Shown here: in pieces, positions 38,502 through 48,756 of the stretch | How the letters are laid out: each line of letters begins with the position of its first letter | Position numbering within the stretch: position 1 is the first letter of the stretch | Source of the DNA: Azolla caroliniana | Lineage: Eukaryota; Plantae; Polypodiophyta | NCBI GenBank assembly: GCA_043228905.1 | Contig: JBHGNT010000001.1 | Span: forward strand, 32,798,001 to 32,862,000 | DNA: 64,000 bases | Direction: 5' to 3' | The notes under the pieces: generated by a model | The model's input: only the letters and a program-made list of their open reading frames with translations | Told to the model about the DNA's origin: nothing | Database searches by the model: none | Program-made: the position numbers and the translations under genes

Positions 38502-41500
38502 ATGGTGTTCCATTTGTTCCTATTGTGATATCATCTGTATCATCAGATGTTGGTATTAGGTTTTGTATTACAATAGAGGTGAGATGAAATGTCTCCCTCT
38601 GTTTTCTATATGTACATTGCTCAAGTAATTTACTAAGGTGTATCTTTTTTAAAATAAATAAAAAAAGGTTGGAGGATAATTCTCAGACATTTGTTGACAT
38701 AATGCGTCCTTACTTTTGGCCCAATAATTGATTATTCAACAAAAACAAGGCACCTCTGAATATAGGTCTCAACATTAAGTGGTCAAACTCACGCCACAAC
38801 AATGGATATGAGATCACACCGATTGTTGCATGTGTGTAATTTTTTGGATCGTTTCAAAACATTTTCAAAATGATGAATAATGTGAGAGACACTTGGCACT
38901 TGCATGCATTCCAATGTTACGATTGTGAAATAGAACCTCGTGTCATGTAATTATCTTTTGCATTAAAATACTCACTTTGTCATCACAATTGGCAGTGTTG
39001 AGGTTTCAAAGAAATGTAACTAGTGAAGTCACATGCATCATATTGGATTGTCCTCTTTCATATTAAGATGGCAACCACATCAATTTCGATCAAATGTGAA
39101 CAATCATATGCGTGGTTTCACCCAATGATCACACAAATTGGATTGGTTATCCATGGCATGAGTCACAAATAATCAACAGAAAAATGGTAAGATAAACTTC
39201 TAATAAGGCTTTGAGGAACCAACATCATAGAAGGTTTTGACAATGATGAAATAGAGGCATTATTAGTCAAGGATATTTTTTAGATTAAGCAACAAATTCA
39301 TGAATTCACGAAGCTCTAGATTACACGATAAAGAGATACAAATTTCTCATTCATAAGTACAGATTTTTTGTTACGGGCAATGACCATCAATCATCCCGTG
39401 AAGTTTGTACCATAGTATTCTATACACGTGGATAAAGTGTGAGGGTTAAATGAGAGTGTAAAGAAGGGATCATTACGTTTAATCCTAGGAATTGAGACAA
39501 CCCATAAGATGCCAAGTGTGAACTTGCATGGGGGGCTTAGGCCTAATTATAAATATGAGGCCTACCTATCCACATTAGACACATAATTGGACTACGTCGA
39601 GACTCTGATAGTATGGTGAAGAGATTCTTGTAGTGAGCGTGCTAGTACCAGGTACAACTCGATGCCACAAAGGTGGTGTGGGACACTGATCGAGGTTTGA
39701 GACTATCTCAATCCCTTCATTCGAGGGTGGTCGGGTGGATCAACACCCTTCTTTCTCTCTCTTTTATTATCCATCTATCTATTATTTCCTTGTCATATGC
39801 ATGCATTGGGATTGAGCTCTAACATTTTTCTTTGCTTCATACAAAAACAAAAAGTGCCTCGACCCTCTATGATGGTTGGTAGTTGACACTTGTTGTGACT
39901 CTAAACGTTGTGAAACATGCACAAAGAATGTTTCAATCAAACTATGATCATGTATCTTTGTCACTCTAGTATTGATTGACCCACATCTAGCCTTCTCAAG
40001 GCTCCTCGCATTGTATAATTCGTGTAACTCTAACCATGTTTGTGACGGTGTTTTACAAAACAAAGCCACGATTAGCATGGAATAGAGTTCACAAATTAAA
40101 GGTTGATATTTGCAAAATATTAGGTTGTTATTTGCACGATGTCGCGTTGTTACGCGCGTGCGTGGAGAAAGGCGGGACCACGAGCGTCTTGGACTAGGGA
40201 GTGATGGAGCGTAGGAAGTCGTGCTTCACCGTTTCCGGGGCATCCGTTACAATGTGGGACAAATGCCGACTTACATGGGATCGTCTGTCCCGACTTGACT
40301 ACTCTTCGGCGCCATAAAGGCGCCCTCGTTATTCACACTAAATGTACATGGGTGCGTACACACGCTGCACCCCGCCGATGTAGCCAATGTTTCCCGGTTT
40401 CCGCCTCTGGCCGAAATTCTTCACGACATCCGCCCCCACCTAACCACACATCCACCAGTATGTGCCAAGTCCGGTTGAAGGGTGAGAGATTTCGGCCGGT
40501 GAGAAACCGGTCTCCCGTGATCCGCATCTCGGCTCGCTGCCGGTTTGATCCGTCGGCTTTGAGTCTTCCTTCGCGCTCGCCTCCCCGTAGGCTCGTTCGA
40601 CCCGTCGATGGGTCCTCTGCCGCGATCTCCGTAGTATGCGTACTTCCGTTGGCCCTTGTTCGGCCGTATGAACGCCCCGCTTCCCGCCGTATGCTGGATG
40701 TCCTCCGCTTGAGGCATGCCCATAGTGGCCCACTTGGCCTCCGTTGTCCAATCGTGATGTCCATGGTCGTTTCGCGTTGGCTTCGTCCTTTTGCCGCCAC
40801 CTTCCTTCTCCATGGTCTTACATCGTCGCGTCGGCTCGAACCGCCATGGTCTCCGGAACGGTGTGGAGGATCCCTTTCCGGCCTTCTCCGCGCTACCTAT
40901 CTCCGCGCTCGCCTTTCCGCTCCGGCACCTCCGTGTGCCACATACCCTCGTCTGTTGTTTGGCACTGCCTGTGTCGCACTCCGGTTCATTGCACACTTTG
41001 TCGGCCCCCTTTTCGGCCAGATCGTGCATCGCTGCTCACCTGCATACTGGTGTCCTTTGCATCCGAGGAGCACCTCGTAGTAGCCTGCTTGGCCCTTCCC
41101 GTCTTCGTGCCGTTGCAATAGGTCCCGAGTCTTCCGCTTGCCGTCGTCCCCTCGCCCCCACCAGCTTGTCACCCCGGGCTTGTCGTGTCAGTCTTCGCTA
41201 CTTCGACGGAGCTCCCGAGATCTACGAGGCGAGTGTGGAGGATCCTCCTCCTGCCTCTCTTGCCATCCCCTGACTCCGACCCTGTGCAGTCCACTAGGCA
41301 CTTGTAACCTCGTTCCCGGCACCTCCCTTGTGCCTTTTCCCGCTTCCTTTGTTCGGCACCGCCCGCGCCGAACACCGTCCCGTAGTCACGCTTCGATCCG
41401 GCCCGCGATGGCCACTTGCAAGACCCTCGTTCTGTCCCAGGTGTGCCTTTTCGGCCTGACACACCTCCCCGTGTTTGCCCCTACCGGCTCCTTCCGAAAC

Positions 41501-42799
41501 CTCGTGTCGTCGGGTCTCGTTCCCTGCCGTCACCGTCCTTCTCCATCGGTCTTACATCGCCGTGTCGGCTGATCAGCCGAGGTCTCCGGATCGGTGTGAG
41601 GGTCCCATAGGACCGGACTCCGTTTCTATGTCTGCCATAATTCGGGTGTCTTTTGTTTGAGTCCCTCCCAGACTCTCCTCGTGTCTTCCGCGTAGTCGGG
41701 TCCCGTTTCCCGCCGCCACCAACCTTCTCTCTCAGTCCCATGTTGCCACGTTGGCCGAACTGCCGGAGTCTCTGGTTAAGTGTGGGGATCCCGTAGGACC
41801 GGACTCCGTTCCGCCCTTGCCTTCGTCACCTCGCCGCCACCGTCAGTATCTTGGTCTTACGTCGACCGCGTTGCCGACCGCCGAAGTCTCTAGAACTGGT
41901 GTGAAGGATTCTCCGTAGACCCCCCATCTGTAGCCCCTTTGCCTTCGTCACCTCGCCGCTGTCGTAGTGTAGGTTGCACACTATGTGGAAATTATATTTT
42001 TGTCCCTCCGGATAGAGAATGGAGTGCTCGGTGAGAACCGGAAGAAAACGGCATACCGGCAAGGAGGAAAACGGAATACCGGCAAGGAGGAAAATGGCAT
42101 ACCGGCAAGGAGGAAAACGGCATACCGGCAAGGAAGAGCCGGATAAAGAGACATAAATGTAAAAAAGAAGGAAATACTCACTACTGCGCAGGGCGTGATT
42201 CGAAATCTACACCTCCAAGTTGACAAACCTCAACCTTACCATTACATTAACTTATCTTAAGTGTTTTAAATATAGATTTAATATGTATAAGACCTTTATT
42301 TATGCATACCTTTATTAAAAGGTAAATCGTGTATTTCTTTAATATATGAAAAAGAAAAAACACGAGACACTAAAAATAACTCATGCACATCTAGCGTGCA
42401 TGAGCCCTATACTTAGGAAATAAAAAAGCATCACATGCACATTTTTAGGGGACATGAACACTTTTTGTAAAAAAAAACGCATGAAGCCATGCTTAGCTCT
42501 TTTTTCCTTATATAAGGAGGAGAGAAATATGTAAAGGGTTGTTGATTTTTTTTTGGATTAAGAATTAATCAATACAAAAATTATTCGTGGGATTCACGAT
42601 TTATACATCTACTTCTCTCTTAACACCCTAAGTACCAATTAATATAGTATACTCGTGTGATTCACGAGTTTCTTATCTTTCTCTTTGCTATTTACTCATA
42701 ATTAATCTCTATCTCACGAACTCCTTTCTCCTAGTCCAAGACCTCTGTGGTTCCCACCCGACTCACGCAACGATCCGGAGCCGAAAGGCACGACACAGT

Positions 42800-42817
42800 T
42801 GGTGAACCCGACGTGAA
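42800..42817 (+). promoter_or_regulatory. Primer-binding site complementary to the 3' end of tRNA-Trp
   Basis: TGGTGAACCCGACGTGAA lies 4 nt after the LTR. It is the reverse complement of TTCACGTCGGGTTCACCA, the plant cytosolic tRNA-Trp 3' end as I recall it. A duplicate lies at 27740-27757. Confidence 0.85.
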
Positions 42818-42833
42818 GACGGGTGGCAAGGAG

Positions 42834-44873
42834 ATGGAGGCTCAACAAGCTAACAATATGATGGCGATGTTCGAACGGATGCTTCAAGAACAACGCACGA
42901 TGTCGGAGATTTCGGCATTAGTAGAGCGGCTCGTGCAACGCAACGGGCAATTTAATGGTAAGGATGTGTCGCGATATTTGCAGGACTACAAGGCGGAGAT
43001 GCTCCGGTGCCGGGCTTCGGAAGGACTGCAAGTGACATCCTTTAACCGGGTGGCGACCGACGGGCTTCAAGGGAGTATCCACGGGTTGCAACAACAAAAT
43101 CCGACGTGGGAAGCATTCGAAGAGGCGTTAAAGACCACGTTTGCCATCGAGGACTCCTCCAAGGCAACGCGGAGGGGATTCGAGGATTGGGTGGAAACGT
43201 CAGGTAAGGGGCTGAAGGTCCTCGAAGTGTTTTCGACATTCGAAAGTCGGTTCGGGAGGTTGTCCGCGAGAGATCAAACTATTCTTGCACCGGACAAAGT
43301 CATCATGTTTTTGCGAGTTGTGGACGTCCGGGACCGGAAAGATCTCGGAGTGCTTCTTGAGGACACGACCACCGAAAGCGGCCTCACCGAAACATGGGAA
43401 AGCGTGCGGGATATCGTCGCGCGGTACACGAAGAGGGGGCAATGGCTTGCCAACGAAGAAAAGAGGGTTTCGGAACCGATTCCGAAACCGAGAACGGGAC
43501 TGGAAGACCATCAACCGAGGGCTCGGGAGATTACGGCCGAGAAGGGAGTCGACGCGTCTACGGTGGAGCAGCTGCTGAAGGAGATGGAGAATCTAAAGAT
43601 CGCGATGGTGAAGAAGTCGGATGACCGCCCCACAAGCTCCAAATATACGGATCGACGGTGCATATGGTGCGATAGCGCCGAACACGATCGGAGGGATTGC
43701 GACGACCATAAGGAGGCACTACGACGGGATCTCATCTACTACGAGGGAAACCGGATTCATTCGATGGACTCTCGGAAGCCACTCCGACCGAACTTCCGAA
43801 AAGGCGGCATGAAGAAGGTGCTCGAGGAGGAGTTAGCGGCAAGAAGCAACTATGCGACAACCGCGGGAATATGTGTCGGGGAGTCATCGGGAGCGAAGGC
43901 GTCTTTCTGGCCGGAGGTGCTAGGAAACACCGAGAAAACCGACTCCAACGATATCCGAAACACCGCGGAAGGCGTCCGGGAAGCTATGGGATGGGAGTGC
44001 CCTGTCGACAAGAATAGCATATACGCCCTGTGTCAATTACATGAGGTGTATGTGGACGAGAAACGACGGCGCACGGAGGATGCGGCCGGACCATCGAAGA
44101 TACCGGAAAGCTGGAACTCCGGAGGTAAGGGAAAAGAAAAGGCGACTCCGGCATTCAAGCTCGCCTCGGACATAGAACAACAAACCGACTTGAAAAGAGT
44201 GTTCGAGGAAAGAATCTTGGATAGTCGGGTAGATTTTTCGCTGCGGGAACTACTCGGAATAGCGAAGAAGGAGTTTCACGATCTTCTCGTGGATCTCGTG
44301 AAAAGGAAGAGACAAAGTACGGAGGAAAATGCTCCAAGGGTGAATGCAAATACCGTTTCAATGAACGACATCGAAGTGGAAGGCGAAATTCCGAACTCCC
44401 ACTATACAAGGCCACACTGGGCACGTGCAACTACGGAGACTCCGGTCCGAATCGGCAACATCAAAGAACCCGTGCTAGCATTGATTGATCACGGTTCGGA
44501 GATCAACTTGATGTCCAAGGAGTTCTACCGAAAGGGGAAGTGGCCTATAAACACCAACCATGGATGGAAGATTCGGGCAGCCACGAAAACGACAGAAGAC
44601 CTATTTGCGGCTTGTCCGGATGTGACGGTAAAGATCGGGGATGTCGAAATTGACCAAAATTTCTTTGTGCAGGATGAGGTTTCACATTCTGTCATCCTCG
44701 GCCAACCCTTTATCACGGCTTCACGGATGGAGACGAAGGTGCTCGATAGTGGTGCGGCTTTTGCGCGAATTCGGAGCCAAAACGGAGGGAAATCCGTCCA
44801 ATTCCTAACGGTGCCGGCAAATCACGAAAGGAACAAGAGGGAACTCTTGTCCCAAGTGAGAATGGATTTTTAA
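42834..44873 (+). CDS. Element B Gag-protease polyprotein
   Basis: First ATG after the PBS. Capsid-like N-terminus, zinc knuckle CIWCDSAEHDRRDC, and aspartic protease ALIDHGSEINLM...VILGQPF. Confidence 0.9.
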   Translation: MEAQQANNMMAMFERMLQEQRTMSEISALVERLVQRNGQFNGKDVSRYLQDYKAEMLRCRASEGLQVTSFNRVATDGLQGSIHGLQQQNPTWEAFEEALKTTFAIEDSSKATRRGFEDWVETSGKGLKVLEVFSTFESRFGRLSARDQTILAPDKVIMFLRVVDVRDRKDLGVLLEDTTTESGLTETWESVRDIVARYTKRGQWLANEEKRVSEPIPKPRTGLEDHQPRAREITAEKGVDASTVEQLLKEMENLKIAMVKKSDDRPTSSKYTDRRCIWCDSAEHDRRDCDDHKEALRRDLIYYEGNRIHSMDSRKPLRPNFRKGGMKKVLEEELAARSNYATTAGICVGESSGAKASFWPEVLGNTEKTDSNDIRNTAEGVREAMGWECPVDKNSIYALCQLHEVYVDEKRRRTEDAAGPSKIPESWNSGGKGKEKATPAFKLASDIEQQTDLKRVFEERILDSRVDFSLRELLGIAKKEFHDLLVDLVKRKRQSTEENAPRVNANTVSMNDIEVEGEIPNSHYTRPHWARATTETPVRIGNIKEPVLALIDHGSEINLMSKEFYRKGKWPINTNHGWKIRAATKTTEDLFAACPDVTVKIGDVEIDQNFFVQDEVSHSVILGQPFITASRMETKVLDSGAAFARIRSQNGGKSVQFLTVPANHERNKRELLSQVRMDF

Positions 44874-44927
44874 AGCGGACTGTTGCGGAGTGGGGAAGTG
44901 ATAGTCCGAGAAGCCCTGATACCCCAC
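44864..44927 (+). promoter_or_regulatory. Predicted -1 ribosomal frameshift signal (slippery heptamer plus pseudoknot)
   Basis: G GAT TTT directly before the gag-PR stop. Stem 1 pairs 44876-44886 with 44898-44908. Loop GTGGGG pairs with CCCCAC at 44922-44927. The -1 frame is open into pol. Confidence 0.8.
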
Positions 44928-47900
44928 ACAGGAAGAAAACTCTCGGAGCAAAACAAGTACGAATCGGCCCGGATGGGGCATCTACGTACACGGCCGTAAC
45001 CGGAGGAATGAAGAAACAATACCGACAAGTGGAGGATAAGTTACGGTCGGCATCAATAATAAAAGAAGACGAAGAAATCGTGGGAGTGATCAAGGAAGTG
45101 TTCTATGGGAATACACTACAACGGCTTGAAGAGCTTGCGGAAGATAAAAGCCAAGGGAACCGGGTAGTCCCAGTGGAATCGGTCGAGATGTACGAGATCG
45201 TTGCGAAAATGGGGCCGGATGCGCTCCGCAAAGAAGAAGCAATGGTAAGTACGAAATACAAGACCGTGGAGAAGAAGGTGAAACCGGCCGCGGGACCACT
45301 ACCCGCCGATAGCGAACAAAAGAAGAAAGAAGTCTCGGGAGATCCGACACTTCGGGAGTCCGTGGATATCGGACATGCCTTCACAGATGAGACCCGGAAG
45401 AAACTTCGGATCGGTGGAGGTGGGTTCCTCTTACAAGAAGAAGAAAAACGGTTTCGAGAGATGTTGGAGCAACACGGCAAAGCATTCGCGTTCACATCGA
45501 GGGAGATCGGATGCATTGATCCAAAGATAGTGGAGCCGATGGTGATTTTCACGATTGATCATGTACCGTGGAACCTGAAGCCGATTCCGGTGCCACGGGC
45601 GCATATTCCGAAAGTCATCGACTTGCTCAAGGAGAAGGTGGCGATGGGGATTCTAGAGCCATCAAGTGCTCCGTACTCAAATCGATGGTTTACGATTCCG
45701 AAGAAGAATGGGTCACTCCGATTCATCCAAGACTTGCAACCGGTGAACAAGGTCACGATCCGGAACTCGGGAGTCGGTCCGATAGTGGATGAATTCGCGG
45801 AAGCTTTTGCCGGACGTGCGATATACTCCATCGGGGACCTATACTCGGGGTATGACCAATTCCAACTAGCCGTGGAGAGCCGAGACATCACTACCATGCG
45901 GACACCGATAGGACTAGTTCGAATGTGCACACTACCACAAGGAGCGACAAACTCGGTTGCACATATGATGAACGCGATGAACAAGGTGCTTCGAGATTGC
46001 ATCCCGGAGATAACGATGCCGTTTCTAGATGACATTCCGATGAAAGGATGCGCGGTGGAAGAAAAAGATGAGACTATGGATGATCGGGGATGCCGAAAGT
46101 TCGTGGTCGACCATATTCATGATTGCGAGAAAGTGTTGCGAAAGCTAGAAGATGTGCACCTAACACTTTCCGGGGAGAAATCGGCATTCGGGCAAGAAGA
46201 AATATTGGTGGTCGGACATCTATGTGGACCCTACGGCCGAAGACCGTCACCAACAAAGGTCGATGCGATTCAAGCTATGAAGGAAGTATGTGAGTCAACA
46301 TCAGAAGTCCGAAGGTTTCTGGGTGCGTGTGCATTCTATCACATATGGATTCCGCACTATGCACATATAGCGGACCCGCTCTATCACTTGTTGCGGAAAG
46401 GTAAGAAATTCGAGTGGAAACCGGAACACACTAAAGCCATGAGGAAGCTCAAGAAGACACTATGGAGGGCGGAATCACTTAAGAAGCCAAGCTACGAGCG
46501 GCCAATCATAGTAACGGTTGATACAAGTCCAACCGGTATCGGGTGGGTCATCAATCAAGCCGACTCGGATGGTTCGCGGTATCCGATCCGATTTGGAGCA
46601 AAGGTCCTCAACGAAAGGCAACGCGGATATGCACAAGTCAAAAGAGAATTGTGGGGAGTCGTGTCGGCGATAAAATCGGATCGGGATTATTTGATCGGAG
46701 CTGAAGTGGTGATCGAGACGGATTGTCTTCCGATACTCGGGATGATGCGGTGTTGTACGATACCGGATGTGGCTATGCTAAGGTGGATTGCATATGTCAA
46801 GTCACTTAATCCGGAGGTTCGACACATCTCGGGGAAGGACAACGCGGTAGCGGACATGTTATCGAGGGCGCGGTTTGAAGACGACATAACCGAATCAGAT
46901 AATGAAGAAGTTTCCGAAGACTACTTCATGTCAGAACACATATGCCGAGTGAACATGATCCGAGAATTCCGGGAAGAAGAATACGAAGGGGAAACCTTGA
47001 TGATCGGGAAGATGCTACAAGAGGTCGAGGATTCAACCAATGATAAAGAAAGGAGAGCCGAGATCCGAAGGAAGAAGAGGCAAGTCCAAAAGTTCTTCTT
47101 GGAAAACGGTTTAATATGGAGGACGCCGAAAAGACCGGATGGGATACCACTTTGAGTAGTCGGGACGAAAGAGCAACGAAACCGGATAATGTCCGAGTTC
47201 CACGAATCCGATTGGGCTGGACATCGAGGAACATGGGCAACTTTTGTGAAAATCAAGCAAAGATATTGGTGGAAGAACATGTATAAAGATGTCGCAGAGT
47301 TCACAGAAAGCTGCGAGAAATGTCAAGTCTACTCCGGGGTCCGACACCGAGATGAGCTGCATCCGACATTCTCACCGACAATCAACTTCAAGTGGATGGT
47401 CGACATTGTAGCTATGCCGACCGGGGTTGGACAAAAGAAATACTTGGTGTTAGCTCGAGAAGATCTCACAAACCAAGTTGAAGGTCGAGCGCTTCGGAGG
47501 AAAACGTGTGCCGCGGTGTGCCAATTTCTTTTGGAAGAAGTGTTTTGTAGGTACGGCTGCGTAGGACAAGTGATTGCAGACCGGGGAGAACTCGACTCGG
47601 ACAAAGCTAGGGGATTCTTCGCCAAACATGGAGTTCGGTTAACGTTGACAACGGCCTACAATCCGGAGGCCAACGGGAAGATCGAACGAGGACATAGTCC
47701 GATCGTGAAAGCACTTGCGAAGGCATGCGACGGAAGGGTGAAGGATTGGCCACAAATGCTTCCGTATGCACTATGGGCGGATCGGACGACGCATAGCTCC
47801 GTGACCGGTTACATGCCGGCAGAACTCATGACCGGACAAGCACCGGTAATGCCAACGGAAACCGCAATTGCGACATGGACAATACTACCGTGGAAGGAAG

Positions 47901-48475
47901 AGATGAGCCGGGAAGAACTACTAGCGGTCCGGATACGACAACTGGAGGGAAGACCGAAAGATGTAGCGGAAGCGTCACGCCGACAACAAGAAGCACGGTT
48001 TCGGAACAAAAGCCGGTTCGACACAAAGCACCGACTACGACCGAGGAGGATTGAAGAAGGAGATTGGGTGATCGTCTATGATAGTAGCTTGGACCATCAA
48101 CATACAACGATGCGGAAATTCGCGAAAAGGTGGTTCGGGCCGTACGAGGTTCGGAAGGTCTTCGACAACGGGACATACCGACTGTCCGAGTTGGATGGAA
48201 CAATACTACGAGTGCCTATAGCCGGGAAGCGGGTGAAGATTTTCAAGAAGCGGACCGACGACAAACCTTATGTGATCCAAGTCGAGGCCGACAACGAGGA
48301 GCAATCGGACGAAGACCACAATGATGCGGGAAGCGAAGAAAGTGGATTACAACTCATAGTCGACATAAGGGGAGAATCGGGGGAAGCTTCGGATGAAGAC
48401 GGATACGAAGAATCAAGATCTTCGGCACATACCGGAGGATGTGCGGGTTTGGAGGGGGCGAGTGTCGTAGTGTAG
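44870..48475 (+). pseudogene. Element B pol (RT-RNase H-integrase) with one in-frame stop at 47153-47155
   Basis: RT motifs DLYSGYDQF, LPQGATNS and FLDD. RNase H motifs VDTS, RELWG, ETDC and ADMLSR. Integrase H-H-C-C, D-D-E and GPY motifs. ORFs 45008-47155 and 47189-48475 share a frame. Confidence 0.92.
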
Positions 48476-48547
48476 GTTGCACACTATGTGGAAATTATAT
48501 TTTTGTCCCTCCGGATAGAGAATGGAGTGCTCGGTGAGAACCGGAAG

Positions 48548-48756
48548 AAAACGGCATACCGACAAGGAGGAAAACGGAATACCGGCAAGGAGGAAAACGG
48601 CATACCGGCAAGGAGGAAAAACGGCATACCGGCAAGGAGGAAAACGGAATACCGGCAAGGAGGAAAACGGCATACCGGCAAGGAGGAAAAACGGCATACC
48701 GGCAAGGAGGAAAACGGCATACCGGCAAGGAAGAAAACGGCATACCGGCAAGGAAG
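48548..48756 (+). repeat. 23/24-bp minisatellite (AAAACGGCATACCGGCAAGGAGG) x9 in the 3' LTR of B
   Basis: Nine units here, against four in the 5' LTR (42045-42136, duplicate 26985-27076). Confidence 0.93.

Larger units (their letters stand above)
32434..38661 (+). mobile_element. Full-length L1-clade LINE, copy 2 (from the tandem duplication)
   Basis: Same TSD and flanks as copy 1, shifted by +15060. Confidence 0.95.
14375..44494. repeat. 15,060-bp direct tandem duplication (14375-29434 and 29435-44494)
   Basis: All ORFs recur at +15060 with identical translations. The junction ...GATCACGG|TGGAGCAGC joins the gypsy protease to the B55 5' intron. Confidence 0.97.

Noticed and set aside
32434-38661. 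Second LINE as an independent insertion
   Set aside because: It has the same TSD and flanks as copy 1, so it is part of the 15,060-bp duplication.
42747-42833. GTG start for B Gag given in the ORF track
   Set aside because: It lies inside the LTR, upstream of the PBS. The ATG at 42834 matches the start context of A's gag.
48548-48756. Regular 23-bp repeats resembling a CRISPR array
   Set aside because: The units are head-to-tail with no unique spacers, lie inside a eukaryotic LTR and have no cas genes nearby.
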